A DNA stretch of 64,000 bases. Source: Frankiaceae bacterium. Lineage in GTDB: Bacteria; Actinomycetota; Actinomycetes; BP-191. The DNA lies in the NCBI GenBank assembly GCA_035536815.1, contig DATLNJ010000145.1:24231-88230 (forward strand). Reading direction: 5' to 3'. Below are positions 40,962-51,167 of this stretch, one piece after another. The position numbers were made by a program, and so were the translations under genes. The notes below the pieces were generated by a model. The model made no database searches. It was not told the DNA's origin and saw nothing but the letters and a program-made list of their open reading frames with translations. Every line of letters starts with the position of its first letter. Within the stretch, counting starts at the first letter, position 1.

Positions 40962-41729
40962 GTGAGCGTACGCGTGGACCGCGAGGGGACGACCACCGTC
41001 GTCACGATCGACCGGCCGGACGTCCGCAACGCCGTGGACGGGCCGACGGCGGCGGCGTTGCTGGCGGCGTTCGAGGAGTTCGACGCCGACGACTCGCAAC
41101 GCGTCGCGGTCCTGACCGGCGCGGGCGGCACGTTCTGCGCGGGCGCCGACCTGCGGGCGCTGACCGCGGGTGTGCCGATGGCGCTGGACGAGAACGGTCC
41201 AGGGCCGATGGGCCCGACCCGGCTCGAGGTGTCGAAGCCGACCATCGCCGCGGTCGAGGGGTACGCCGTCGCCGGCGGGCTGGAGCTCGCGCTGTGGTGC
41301 GACCTGCGCGTCGCCGCCGAGGACGCGGTGTTCGGCGTGTACTGCCGGCGGTGGGGCGTGCCGTTGATGGACGGCGGCACGGTCCGGCTGCCGCGGCTGA
41401 TCGGGCAGTCCCGCGCGCTCGACCTGGTGCTGACCGGACGCGGCGTGAGCGGGGCGGAGGCGGTGGCGTTCGGGCTGGTGAACCGGTCCGTGCCGGCCGG
41501 CACGGCGCTCGACGCGGCGCTGGCGCTGGCGGCCGACGTGGCAGCGTTCCCGCAGTTCTGCGTGCGGTCCGACCGGGCGTCCCTCTACGCGTCGTGGGAC
41601 CTGCCGCTGGCGGCGGCGTTATCGCAGGAGCACCGGTACGCGATGGCCACGCTGGCCAGCGGCGAGACGCTGGCGGGCGCGGCGCGGTTCGTCGAGGGCG
41701 CCGGGCGGCACGGCGGACCGGCTCAGTAG
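40962..41729 (+). CDS. enoyl-CoA hydratase/isomerase (crotonase) family protein
   Basis: VAVLTGAGGTFCAGADLRAL; AAVEGYAVAGGLELALWCDLRVAAEDA. GTG start with GAGGGGAGG upstream. Confidence 0.85.
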   Translation: MSVRVDREGTTTVVTIDRPDVRNAVDGPTAAALLAAFEEFDADDSQRVAVLTGAGGTFCAGADLRALTAGVPMALDENGPGPMGPTRLEVSKPTIAAVEGYAVAGGLELALWCDLRVAAEDAVFGVYCRRWGVPLMDGGTVRLPRLIGQSRALDLVLTGRGVSGAEAVAFGLVNRSVPAGTALDAALALAADVAAFPQFCVRSDRASLYASWDLPLAAALSQEHRYAMATLASGETLAGAARFVEGAGRHGGPAQ

Positions 41730-42500
41730 TAGGGCGGCGGCTCGGCGTCGTGGCGCTCCCGGTCGAACGCGAGGGTCAGCACGACGAACGCCGCCAGCAG
41801 CGCGACCGGCAGCACGACCAGCGCGGGCAGCGAGTGCAGCCGCAACGTGCCGTCGTAGATGAAGCACTGGATCTCCGGGCCGTCGCAGAAGTCGTAGAGG
41901 TAACGATCGACGACGAGCCGGCGCCCGACCGCCGCGGCCACCGCCGCGGCCGCGATCCCGCCGGCCGCGATGCCGAGCGGCGCGGCCGGGCCGCGGTTGC
42001 GCAGCAGCAGCCACGCCACCGCCCCGACGACGGCACCGGCCAGCAGCGAGACGACGACGAACCACCCGTCCACGGCGAACACCTGGTCGCTCTCCAACGC
42101 CGCCGGCTGCGGCCCGGCCGCCGTCTGCAGTACGACCGGCGGCGTCGCGACCGCCCGCCACAGCAGCGCGAGCGGCGCGCCGAGCAGCGTCAGCGCCGCC
42201 GTCGCCATGCCGAACGTCAGCAGGTGCGGCTTGGCGCGCTCGGCGAACGGCACCGGCACCACCGGCTCCCACGGCGTCGGGTACTGGCCGGGCGGCGGGA
42301 AGAACGCCCACTCGCCGCCGGCGGCCGGCGGATAGCTCGTCGGCGGGCGCTCCGGCTCGCCGGTGGGCGGCGCGGTCGCCGGGGACGCGGCGGTCGCCGG
42401 GGGCGCGGCGGGCGGCGGGCCGCCGGTCACGCCGGGGCGCCAGGTCCGGTTCGGATCGGGGTCGCCCCAGCCGCTGGTCACCCCGCCATCCTCGCTCACC
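41723..42500 (-). CDS. membrane protein with Pro-rich N-terminal region (hypothetical)
   Basis: C-terminal 259 aa of ORF 41723..43222; GTG start 1 nt after permease stop. Pro-rich then 4 hydrophobic helices; ends PPPYY. Confidence 0.5.
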
Positions 42501-43275
42501 GCCGCACCGCGCGCCGGAATGCCGCCGCGGCTCCCGCCAGCGCCACCACGGCGACCGCCGCGCAGATCGCCAGGTCGGCGGCGAGCGCGCCGTAGCGCGG
42601 CGCCGCCGCGAACGACTCGCGCAGCGCCTCGACGGCGTACGTGCTCGGCAGCAGCGCCGCCACCGGCCGCAGCGCCCCCGGCGGCTCGACCAGCCCGAGG
42701 AACAGCACCGCCGTCATGCCGAGCTGCCCGGCGACCGTCGCCACCTCCGGCTTGGGGGCCAGCAGGCCGAGCGTGGCGCCGAGCCCCGCCAGCGCGGCGC
42801 CGCCGAGCACGGCAACCGGCAGGAGCACCCAGAGCCGGCCGAGCGGGAGGTCGTAGAGCAGCGCGCCCGTCACCGCGGTCGCGACGACGCCCGGGACCGC
42901 GAACGTCGCGTACGACGCCGCCGTGCCGAGCACCACGGCCGACGGCGGCGTACCGAGGGCGGCGTAGTAGTCGAGCCCGCCGTGCGCGCGCAGGTGCCCG
43001 AACCGCTGGGCCAGCAGGTTCAGCGCGACGAACGCGATGACCAGCACGACCGCACCCGCCACGACCTGCCGCTTCTCCGCGACGTCGGCGTCGTCCACGA
43101 CGCCGCGCAGCAGGACGAGCAGCCCGATCGACTGCAGCCCGGCCACGAACAGCAACGGCACCCGCGCCACCCTGGCCCGCGCGACCTGCCCGGCGTAGAC
43201 GGCGGCCACCGCGGCGGTCCACCGCGCGCGCGGCGCCAGGCCGGCCCCGTCCTCCCGGGGCCCCAGCGGCGTCAC
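42496..43275 (-). CDS. ABC-2 type transporter permease
   Basis: 6-TM permease; GTG start overlaps ATPase stop (GTGA). Confidence 0.7.
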   Translation of the reverse strand: MTPLGPREDGAGLAPRARWTAAVAAVYAGQVARARVARVPLLFVAGLQSIGLLVLLRGVVDDADVAEKRQVVAGAVVLVIAFVALNLLAQRFGHLRAHGGLDYYAALGTPPSAVVLGTAASYATFAVPGVVATAVTGALLYDLPLGRLWVLLPVAVLGGAALAGLGATLGLLAPKPEVATVAGQLGMTAVLFLGLVEPPGALRPVAALLPSTYAVEALRESFAAAPRYGALAADLAICAAVAVVALAGAAAAFRRAVRR

Positions 43276-44204
43276 TCGTGCTCCAGGTCGCGGGCCCGGC
43301 CGCCGAGCGCCAGGTAGACGTCCTCCAGCGACGGCGTGGCCAGCGTGAAGTCGTCCAGCGCCGCGAACGCCGCCCCGCTGGTCAGCCGCCCCAACGCCAC
43401 CCGCGCCTCGTCGGCGCCGAGCCGCGCGCTCCACCGCCGCCCGGACTGCTCCGCGCGGGCGGCCAGCGCGGCCACCGTCGGGTCGTCCAGCGGCGGGTCG
43501 GCCCGCCACACCAGGTCCAGCCGGACCTCGTCCGACACCGCCGCCTTCAGCCGGCCAGGGGTGTCGCACGCGATGACGCGGCCGTTGTCGAAGACCGCTA
43601 CCCGGTCCAGCACCGTCTCGGCTTCGAGGACGTTGTGCGTGACGAGCACGACGGTCGCGCCGGCCGCGCGGCGGCGTTCCAGCGCGGCCCACACCGCGCG
43701 CCGCGCGGCGGCGTCCAGCCCGGTCGTCGGCTCGTCGAGGACCAGCACCGGGCGGTCGCCGACCAGGGCGGCCGCGGCGGCGGCGAGCCTGCGCTGCCCG
43801 CCCGACAGCTTCCCGATCGGCCGGTCGGCCAGCCCGAGCTCGCCGACCAGCGCGTCCCGCTGCCGGCGCGCCTCGGCCGCGTCCAGCCCGCGCAGCCGCC
43901 CGGTCAGCTCCACCGCGCGCGGCGGGGTCAGGTCGGCCAGCGCGGTCTCGTCCTGCGCCAGGTACGCCGCCGCCCGCGCCCCCACCTCGGGGTGGCGGAC
44001 GACGTCGTGGCCGAGCAGCTCGACCGACCCGGCGTCCGGCGCCAGCAGTCCCACCAGGCAGCGGACGAACGTCGACTTCCCCGCGCCGTTCGGCCCGAGC
44101 AGCCCGAACACCTCGCCCGCGCCCACCTCGACGTCCACGCCGTCGAGGGCGCGGACGGAGCCGTACGAGCGGGACAGGCCACGGACCGCGGCGACTGGCG
44201 TCAT
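43272..44204 (-). CDS. ABC transporter ATP-binding protein
   Basis: GLLGPNGAGKST Walker A; LSGGQRRL signature; VLVLDEPTTGLD Walker B. Confidence 0.9.
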   Translation of the reverse strand: MTPVAAVRGLSRSYGSVRALDGVDVEVGAGEVFGLLGPNGAGKSTFVRCLVGLLAPDAGSVELLGHDVVRHPEVGARAAAYLAQDETALADLTPPRAVELTGRLRGLDAAEARRQRDALVGELGLADRPIGKLSGGQRRLAAAAAALVGDRPVLVLDEPTTGLDAAARRAVWAALERRRAAGATVVLVTHNVLEAETVLDRVAVFDNGRVIACDTPGRLKAAVSDEVRLDLVWRADPPLDDPTVAALAARAEQSGRRWSARLGADEARVALGRLTSGAAFAALDDFTLATPSLEDVYLALGGRARDLEHE

Positions 44205-44287
44205 CGCTCCCCTGCGTCGTGCGGCCGGTACGGGCGTCGTCAGCGTGGCCGAGCCGTTCGGCGGGCGCAACCTGGCACGATGTGCCT

Positions 44288-44914
44288 GTGCGCTTCCTGC
44301 CGCGTCACGTTGCCGCCGTGCTCACCGCCGTCGCGCTCGTCACGGGCTGCGGAGGCGCGGACGACCCGCGCGCCCAGCCCACGCCGTCGCTGCCGCTCCC
44401 CACACTGCCGGCCGGCGACCTGAACGACCGGGTGCTGCAGCCGGCCGAGGTGTCGCGCAACCTCGTCCCCATCGCCGCGAACACCGGCACCCGCGACATC
44501 AAGGCCGTCTCGGCGTTCTACGCGGACGCCAAGGCGGCCGAGAAGCAGCTGCAGAAGAACGGCTTCCAGGCGTCGTACGTCGTGCAGTACGCCGACCCCT
44601 CGACCAACGCCGTCGTGACCAACGTCGTCACGAAGTTCGCCACCGCGGCCGGTGCCAAGGGCGACCTCACCGCGGACCTCACGTCGGCGCGCAAGACCGG
44701 CGCGGTGTTCCCTGTCACCGGGCTCGGCGACGAGGCCGGCGGCGTCCGCAGCAAGCGGGACAAGAACTCGCCGGAGGGCTCGCTCGTCACGCTGCGCTGG
44801 CGGTCCGGCGACACCACCTGGCTGCTGGCCGTCAGCGCGTCCACGCTGGTCGCGCAGGACGGCGTACGCAAGCTCGCCGACCAGCTGATGACGCGGCTGT
44901 CCAAAGAGGCGTAG
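44288..44914 (+). CDS. lipoprotein (hypothetical)
   Basis: GTG start; signal/lipobox AVLTAVALVTGCGG; 200-aa mature part. Confidence 0.65.
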   Translation: MRFLPRHVAAVLTAVALVTGCGGADDPRAQPTPSLPLPTLPAGDLNDRVLQPAEVSRNLVPIAANTGTRDIKAVSAFYADAKAAEKQLQKNGFQASYVVQYADPSTNAVVTNVVTKFATAAGAKGDLTADLTSARKTGAVFPVTGLGDEAGGVRSKRDKNSPEGSLVTLRWRSGDTTWLLAVSASTLVAQDGVRKLADQLMTRLSKEA

Positions 44915-44923
44915 CCCCCTCGG

Positions 44924-45193
44924 CTAGACCTCGGGGCCCTCGTCGTCGTCCCCGTCGTCGTCCCCGTCGTCGTCCGCGTCGGCGAGCGACCACTTGAGCT
45001 GGAACTCCACCTCTTCGGAGTCGTCCTCGCGCTCGTGCTCGATGCTGAACTCCGCGCGCTTCGGCACGTTGATCCGCTCGCCGGCCACGGAGATGCGGAA
45101 TCGCTTGCCGCTCTCCAGCGCGTCCGCGAGGCGGCGCAGCTTCGCCGCGGAGTCCGCGGCCGAGTACATCTTCTCGACGTCACGATCAGCCAT
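44924..45193 (-). CDS. amphi-Trp domain protein (small acidic-tailed protein)
   Basis: 89 aa; MADRDVEKMYSAADSAAKLRRLADALESGKRFRISVAGERINVPKRAEFSIEHEREDDSEEVEFQLKW...DADDDGDDDGDDD. Rest of ORF 44924..46252 is frame noise. Confidence 0.65.
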   Translation of the reverse strand: MADRDVEKMYSAADSAAKLRRLADALESGKRFRISVAGERINVPKRAEFSIEHEREDDSEEVEFQLKWSLADADDDGDDDGDDDEGPEV

Positions 45194-45204
45194 GGCGCGG
45201 AACC

Positions 45205-46188
45205 CTAGCCGACCACGGCGAGCGGCGCGCTCCACCCGTACGCCACCGGGTCGCGTTCGAGCACGACCGCGCACGCCGGGCCGCCGGCTTCGAGCCGGCC
45301 CGACCACCGGCCGGCCAGCCCGGGCGCCGCCGCCGCGCCCTCCGTCGCCGCCCGCAGCGCGCCGAGGCGGCCCAGGCCGGCGTCCGCGAGCCGGTCCAGC
45401 TCGCGCTGGTCCACGCCGGGGAACGTCCCCGCGTTTCCGAGGTCGGTGCCGTAGCGCAACGGCACCCCGGCCGCGTGCAGGGCCGCGGCGTTGCGCGCGG
45501 CGTCGTCGCCCAGCGTCTCGATGGTCGAGACCACCGCGACGCCGCTCGCCGCGACGCGCGCCAACGTCGCCTCCGACAGCGGCTCGACCGGCGTGTGGCA
45601 CAGCTCGTCCACGCCCGCGTCCAGCGCGCGCAGCACCATCGCCTCGGTCAGCGCGTGCGCGGTGACCGCCAGGCCGCGGGCGTGCGCCGCCTCGACCACC
45701 GCGCGGACCACCTCGGGCGGCGGGACCGGCTGCCCGCCGGCCGGCTCCAGCGCGACCTTGACGACGTCCACGTCCAGCGCCGCGACGGTCTGCCGGGCCT
45801 CCTCCGGAGAGGCCACGAACGCCGCGAAGCCGTCCGCCCCCCAGGACCGCGACGGGTAGCCGCCGGGCGCGGTCAGCAGCGGGCCCGCGACCGCGACCCG
45901 CTCGGACCGCCACTCCCGGGCCGACTCCGGCGGCGCGCCGAGGTCGCGGACCGCGACGACGCCCGTACGCCGCAGCTCCTCGACCGACCCGAACGCCAGG
46001 TGCACGTGCGCGTCCACGATCGCCGGGCCGACCCAGCCGCCCTCGACGACCCGGTCGGGCAGCGACAACGCCGCCGCCGGGCCGACCGCGACCACCCGGC
46101 CATCCGCCACGACCACCGCGCCGTCGGCGACGACCGGCGCGGCGCCGCCCGGCCAGAGCAGCGCGCCGCGGAGGGCGTACGCACTCAC
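45205..46188 (-). CDS. amidohydrolase family protein
   Basis: VSAYALRGALLWPGG...AIVDAHVHLAFG...; GTG start overlaps upstream stop (GTGA); C-terminal 327 aa of ORF 45205..46806. Confidence 0.8.
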   Translation of the reverse strand: MSAYALRGALLWPGGAAPVVADGAVVVADGRVVAVGPAAALSLPDRVVEGGWVGPAIVDAHVHLAFGSVEELRRTGVVAVRDLGAPPESAREWRSERVAVAGPLLTAPGGYPSRSWGADGFAAFVASPEEARQTVAALDVDVVKVALEPAGGQPVPPPEVVRAVVEAAHARGLAVTAHALTEAMVLRALDAGVDELCHTPVEPLSEATLARVAASGVAVVSTIETLGDDAARNAAALHAAGVPLRYGTDLGNAGTFPGVDQRELDRLADAGLGRLGALRAATEGAAAAPGLAGRWSGRLEAGGPACAVVLERDPVAYGWSAPLAVVG

Positions 46189-46814
46189 CCCGGCGGCTCG
46201 CTCGACATCCAGACGAGGATGTCGAGGATGCGCAGCTGGGTGAGCAACGCACCCTTGTCGGCGGCCGCCTGGCGCAACGCCACGAACTCCCCCCGGTTGC
46301 TTCCCAGGTCGGACCGCATCGCGTGGCAGAGCGCCTGCATGACCTCGACCCACGGCCGGTGGCTGCCGCGGCCGATCGCGCCGGAGATGGTGTACGCCGA
46401 CCAGATCCGCGAGTCGTAGAGCGGGATCAGGTCGGGGCGCTTGCGATGCAGCACCTTCGACACGATCGTGCCGCGCGCGCCGGCGCGGGCGTAGATCGGC
46501 TCGTCGAGCACGCTGAAGACCCGCGCGACCGCCGCGATGCCCGCGTCGTCGGTGTCCTCCAGCGGGGTCGGCGGCAACGCCGCCATCCCCTCGCAGATCG
46601 ACGGGAGCATCCGCTTGAGCAGCACGAAGCGGGCGTAGTCCACGTGCGCCCCGAGCAGGCTCGGCGCGAGCAGGTCGCCGTCGACCAGGTCGGGCGAGCC
46701 GTTCGTCACGAGGTCGTCGTACGCGGGGTACGCGTACGCCCCGTCGGGCTCGACGTAGGCGAGGAGGAGCTCCTCCGGGTCCTCGACCGCGAGGGTGCCA
46801 CCGCACAGCTGCAT
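46185..46814 (-). CDS. hypothetical protein (209 aa)
   Basis: Non-repetitive, protein-like composition; translationally coupled to the amidohydrolase. Confidence 0.55.
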   Translation of the reverse strand: MQLCGGTLAVEDPEELLLAYVEPDGAYAYPAYDDLVTNGSPDLVDGDLLAPSLLGAHVDYARFVLLKRMLPSICEGMAALPPTPLEDTDDAGIAAVARVFSVLDEPIYARAGARGTIVSKVLHRKRPDLIPLYDSRIWSAYTISGAIGRGSHRPWVEVMQALCHAMRSDLGSNRGEFVALRQAAADKGALLTQLRILDILVWMSSEPPG

Positions 46815-46877
46815 GGGCCCATCCTGCCCGAGTCGCGCCGTCGCTACCGCGCTACGACACCCCGGACGGGCCTCCGG

Positions 46878-47342
46878 TCAGCCGGCGGTGACCGAGACCC
46901 AGGTGCCGTCGAGCACGCGCTGCTTCGTCATCTTGTCGCGGCGGGTCGCGGTGTCGACCATCACGATCACGCCGTGGCCGCGGCCGGTGCCGATGCGCAC
47001 GGTGCAGAACCGCAGCCGCAGCCCCTCCGGGTCGGTGTCCTCGTCGCACCGGGTGCTGGTCTCCCGGCCGGACACCCTGGCCAGCGTCGCCTCGACCTCG
47101 GGCACCAGGGAAACCACGTCGCGGGCGGGCAGGTGCGTGCAGCGGCGGAAGACGTCACCGTTGCACTGGTCGCGCGGCATGACCTTCGCGCCGGGCAGCT
47201 CGGGCACGGCACGCGCGATCCGGTCGGCCTCGGCCTGGGCAGCGCGGTGGGCGCGGCCCAGCGCGGCCGGGACGTACAGGTACGCGCCGAGACCGGCGAG
47301 CGCCAGCACGAGCGCGACGAGGAACAGCGGCCTGGTACGGGT
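46878..47342 (-). CDS. membrane-anchored hypothetical protein
   Basis: N-terminal TM RPLFLVALVLALAGLGAYLYV; 4 Cys in the extracytoplasmic part; GTG start with AGGGA upstream preferred over the TTG at 47396. Confidence 0.5.
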   Translation of the reverse strand, partial: TRTRPLFLVALVLALAGLGAYLYVPAALGRAHRAAQAEADRIARAVPELPGAKVMPRDQCNGDVFRRCTHLPARDVVSLVPEVEATLARVSGRETSTRCDEDTDPEGLRLRFCTVRIGTGRGHGVIVMVDTATRRDKMTKQRVLDGTWVSVTAG

Positions 47343-47399
47343 CACCCCGTCCCTATCGGCAGCGCGCGGCCCCCGGCACACGCCCGGCCGGGCCAAATC

Positions 47400-50300
47400 T
47401 CAGCCGAGGCAGCCGGCGCCGAGCAGCTCCTTGAGGTCGGCCATCAGCGACGGCGTGACCGAGACGCGCAGCCCGTCGTCGAGCTTGAGCAGCGTGGTGC
47501 GCCCGCCGCTCGCCAGCTCCAGGTGCACCTCCGTCAGGCCGGGGTGCTGGCGCAGCACGTCGCGCAGCCGCTCGACCAGCGGCTCGGTGCACCGGCTGGT
47601 GTCGATGCGGACCACGACCGGCCCGCGCACGGTGTTCGCGGTGGACAGGTCCGGGCGAGACACCTCCATCGCGACGAGCTTCGGCGTGTCCTCGCGCTTG
47701 TCCAGCCGGCCCTTGACGACGACGACCTCGTCCTCGGCGAGCAGCAGCCCGAACTCGCGGTACGTGTTCGGGAAGAACCACACGTCGATGGCGCCTTCGA
47801 GGTCCTCCATCACCGCGGTGGCGTACGAGTCGCCGCGCTTGGTCACCTTGCGCGCGACCGACGACAGCAGGCCGCCGACGGTGACGACCTTGCCGTCCTC
47901 CCCCGCCTCTGACGTGAGGTCCATGACGCGGGTGTCGGTGTGCTGCGCGAGAACGTGCTCGACGCCGAGCAGCGGGTGGTCGCTGACGTAGAGCGAGAGC
48001 ATCTCCCGCTCGAAGTTCAGCAGCGTCTTCTTGTCCCACTCGTTGAGCGGGATCGCGATGTTGCCGAGCGGGTCCGCCCCGTCGTCGGTGGCGGCCGGGT
48101 CCACCTCGCCGAACAGCGAGAACTGCCCCATCGACTCGGCGCGCTTGGTGTCCATGCACGCGTCGATCGCCTGCGCGTGCACCGCCATGAGCCCGCGCCT
48201 GGTGTGCCCCAGCGAGTCGAACGACCCCGCCTTGACGAGCGACTCGACGACGCGCTTGTTGCACGCCACCGGCTCGACCTTGCGGAGGAAGTCGTGGAAG
48301 CCGGTGTAGCGACCCTTCGCGCGGCGGGTCGCGATGATCGAGTGCACGACGTTCTCGCCGACGTTGCGGATCGCCGAGAGGCCGAAGCGGATGTCGGTGC
48401 CGCGCGGGGTGAAGTTCAGGTCGGACTCGTTGACGTCCGGCGGCAGCACCTTGATGCCCATCCGGCGGCACTCGTGCAGGTACAGCGCGGACTGGTCGCG
48501 GTTGTCCTTCACCGACGTCAGCAACGCCGCCATGTACTCCGACGGGTAGTGCGCCTTGAGGTACGCCGTCCAGTACGACACCAGGCCGTAGCCGGCGGTG
48601 TGCGCCTTGTTGAAGGCGTAGTCGCTGAACGGGACGAGGATGTCCCACAACGTCTTGATCGCCGGGTCGGAGTAGCCGTTCTTCCGCATGCCTTCGGAGA
48701 ACGGGACGTACTCCTTGTCGATGATCTCCTTTTTCTTCTTGCCCATGGCGCGGCGCAGCAGGTCGGCTTGTCCCAGCGTGTAGCCGGCCAGCTTCTGCGC
48801 GATCGCCATGACCTGCTCTTGGTAGACGATCAGGCCGTACGAGTCGCCGAGGATCTCCTCCAGGCACTCGGCCAGCTCGAGGTGGATCGGCTTGATCTCC
48901 TTGCGGCCGTTCTTGCGGTCGGCGTAGTCGTTGTGCGCGTTGGCCGCCATCGGGCCGGGCCGGTACAGCGCGAGCACCGCGGAGATGTGCTCGAAGTTCG
49001 TCGGCTGCATCGAGCGCAGCAGCGCCCGCATCGGGCCGCCTTCCAGCTGGAAGACGCCGATCGTGTCGCCGCGGGCGAGGAGGGCGTACGCCTCCGGGTC
49101 GTCGAGGGTCAGCTCCTCCAGCACGACCGTCTCGCCGCGGTTGTCCTTGACGTGCTGGAGGCAGTCGTCGAGGACGGTGAGGTTGCGCAGGCCGAGGAAG
49201 TCCATCTTGAGCAGGCCGAGCTTCTCGACCGCGCCCATGTCGAACTGCGTGATGACCGCGCCGTCGGCCTCGCGCCGCCAGACCGGGATGGTGTCCGTGA
49301 GGGGGTCGCGGGCGATCACGACACCGGCGGCGTGCACGCCCGCCTGCCGCTTCAGCCCTTCCAGCCCGCGCGCGGTGTCGAGGACCTTCTTGACCTCGGG
49401 GTCGGACTCGTAGACCGACCGCAGCTCGGCGGCTTCCTTGTACCGGTCCGCCTTGCTGTCGAACACGTCGCGCAGCGGCATGTCGCGCCCCATGACCGGC
49501 GCCGGCATCAGCTTGCTGATCTTGTCGCCCACGGCGTACGGCAGGCCGAGCACCCGCGCGGAGTCGCGGATCGCGGCCTTCGCCTTGATCGTGGAGTACG
49601 TGATGATCTGCGCGACCCGCTCCTCGCCGTACTTCTCGGTGGCGTAGCGGATCATGTCGGCGCGGCGGCGTTCGTCGAAGTCCAGGTCGATGTCGGGCAT
49701 CGACACGCGCTCGGGGTTGAGGAACCGCTCGAACACCAGGCCGTGCGCCATCGGGTCGAGGTCGGTGATGCCGAGGCAGTACGACACCATGCAGCCGGCC
49801 GCCGAGCCACGGCCGGGGCCGACGCGGATGCCGTTGCGCTTCGCGTGCTGCACGAGGTCGGCGACGATGAGGAAGTACGAGGGGAAGCCCATCTGCACGA
49901 TGACGCCGGCCTCGTACTCGGCCTGGCGGCGAACATCCTCCGGCACGGCGTCGCCGAACCGCCGGCGCAGCCCGACCTCGACCTCGTGGCGGAACCACGA
50001 CACCTCGTCGTGCCCGTCCGGCACGTCGAACTTGGGCAGCAGGTAGCCCTCGGTCTCGAGGTGGACCTCGCAGCGCTCGGCGACGAGCAGCGTGTTGTCG
50101 CACGCCTCGGGGAAGTCGCGCCAGACGTGGCGCATCTCCTCCGGGGTCTTGAGGTAGAACTCCTCCGCGTCGAACTTGAAGCGGTTCGGGTCCGCGATCG
50201 TCGCGCCGGTCTGCACGCAGAGCAGCGCCTCGTGGACGACCGAGTCCTCCTTGCGCGTGTAGTGCAGGTCGTTCGTGGCGAGCAGCGGCAGGTCGAGCTC

Positions 50301-50921
50301 CTTGGCGAGCCGGAGCAGCTCCGGCATCGTGCGCGTCTCGATGTCGAGCCCGTGGTCCATGACCTCCACGAAGAAGTTGCCGCGGCCGAAGATGTCGTTG
50401 TAGTCGCTCATCGACTGCCTGGCGGCGTCCGTGCGCCCCTGCTGGAGCAGCCGGTTGACCTCGCCGGACGCGCAGCCGGTCGTCGCGACCAGCCCGGCGG
50501 CGTGCTCGGCGAGGATCTCCCGGTCCATGCGGGGCTTGTAGTAGTAGCCCTCGAGGCTGGCCCGGCTGGCCAGCTTGACGAGGTTGCGGTACCCCTCGTC
50601 CGATGTCGCCAGGATCGTCATGTGGGTGTACTTGTCGCCCTTGGCGTCCGGGTCGCCGCCCTTGCCGCCGAGGCCGACCATCGTCCGGTCGGTGCGGTGC
50701 CCGGGCGCGAGGTACGCCTCGATGCCGATGATCGGCTTGACGCCGTACTGCTTGGCGCTCGTGTAGAAGTCGTACGCGCCGTAGAGGTTGCCGTGGTCGG
50801 TGGTGGCCAGCGCGGGCATGCCCATCCGGGCGGCCTCGGCGAAGAGGTCCATGACCCGCGCCGCGCCGTCGAGCATCGAGTACTCGGTGTGGACGTGCAG
50901 GTGCACGAACGAGTCGGTCAC
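47400..50921 (-). CDS. dnaE: DNA polymerase III alpha subunit
   Basis: 1173 aa; PHP domain FVHLHVHTEYSMLDGA; polymerase core motifs. Confidence 0.97.
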   Translation of the reverse strand: MTDSFVHLHVHTEYSMLDGAARVMDLFAEAARMGMPALATTDHGNLYGAYDFYTSAKQYGVKPIIGIEAYLAPGHRTDRTMVGLGGKGGDPDAKGDKYTHMTILATSDEGYRNLVKLASRASLEGYYYKPRMDREILAEHAAGLVATTGCASGEVNRLLQQGRTDAARQSMSDYNDIFGRGNFFVEVMDHGLDIETRTMPELLRLAKELDLPLLATNDLHYTRKEDSVVHEALLCVQTGATIADPNRFKFDAEEFYLKTPEEMRHVWRDFPEACDNTLLVAERCEVHLETEGYLLPKFDVPDGHDEVSWFRHEVEVGLRRRFGDAVPEDVRRQAEYEAGVIVQMGFPSYFLIVADLVQHAKRNGIRVGPGRGSAAGCMVSYCLGITDLDPMAHGLVFERFLNPERVSMPDIDLDFDERRRADMIRYATEKYGEERVAQIITYSTIKAKAAIRDSARVLGLPYAVGDKISKLMPAPVMGRDMPLRDVFDSKADRYKEAAELRSVYESDPEVKKVLDTARGLEGLKRQAGVHAAGVVIARDPLTDTIPVWRREADGAVITQFDMGAVEKLGLLKMDFLGLRNLTVLDDCLQHVKDNRGETVVLEELTLDDPEAYALLARGDTIGVFQLEGGPMRALLRSMQPTNFEHISAVLALYRPGPMAANAHNDYADRKNGRKEIKPIHLELAECLEEILGDSYGLIVYQEQVMAIAQKLAGYTLGQADLLRRAMGKKKKEIIDKEYVPFSEGMRKNGYSDPAIKTLWDILVPFSDYAFNKAHTAGYGLVSYWTAYLKAHYPSEYMAALLTSVKDNRDQSALYLHECRRMGIKVLPPDVNESDLNFTPRGTDIRFGLSAIRNVGENVVHSIIATRRAKGRYTGFHDFLRKVEPVACNKRVVESLVKAGSFDSLGHTRRGLMAVHAQAIDACMDTKRAESMGQFSLFGEVDPAATDDGADPLGNIAIPLNEWDKKTLLNFEREMLSLYVSDHPLLGVEHVLAQHTDTRVMDLTSEAGEDGKVVTVGGLLSSVARKVTKRGDSYATAVMEDLEGAIDVWFFPNTYREFGLLLAEDEVVVVKGRLDKREDTPKLVAMEVSRPDLSTANTVRGPVVVRIDTSRCTEPLVERLRDVLRQHPGLTEVHLELASGGRTTLLKLDDGLRVSVTPSLMADLKELLGAGCLG

Positions 50922-51167
50922 GGGTTGCGGGTGCCTCCCTTCGCGCGCGTGGGGTCACGGTCAAGCTGCTCGCAGCGATCCGCGCAGGCGCGGACCACTC
51001 CTCAGGCGCGGGGGAAGGCGTGCCGGTGGTGTGGGTCGTGCGGGTCTGACGGTGCCGCCGTCGGGTGCCGCGGCCCGGCCATTGTCACACGGGGGAACCG
51101 GCCGGAGGGTGGAGCCCGGCACCGTGTCGCGGCCCGCTCGGTCTCCTGGGTCAGAAGTCCCAGGGCA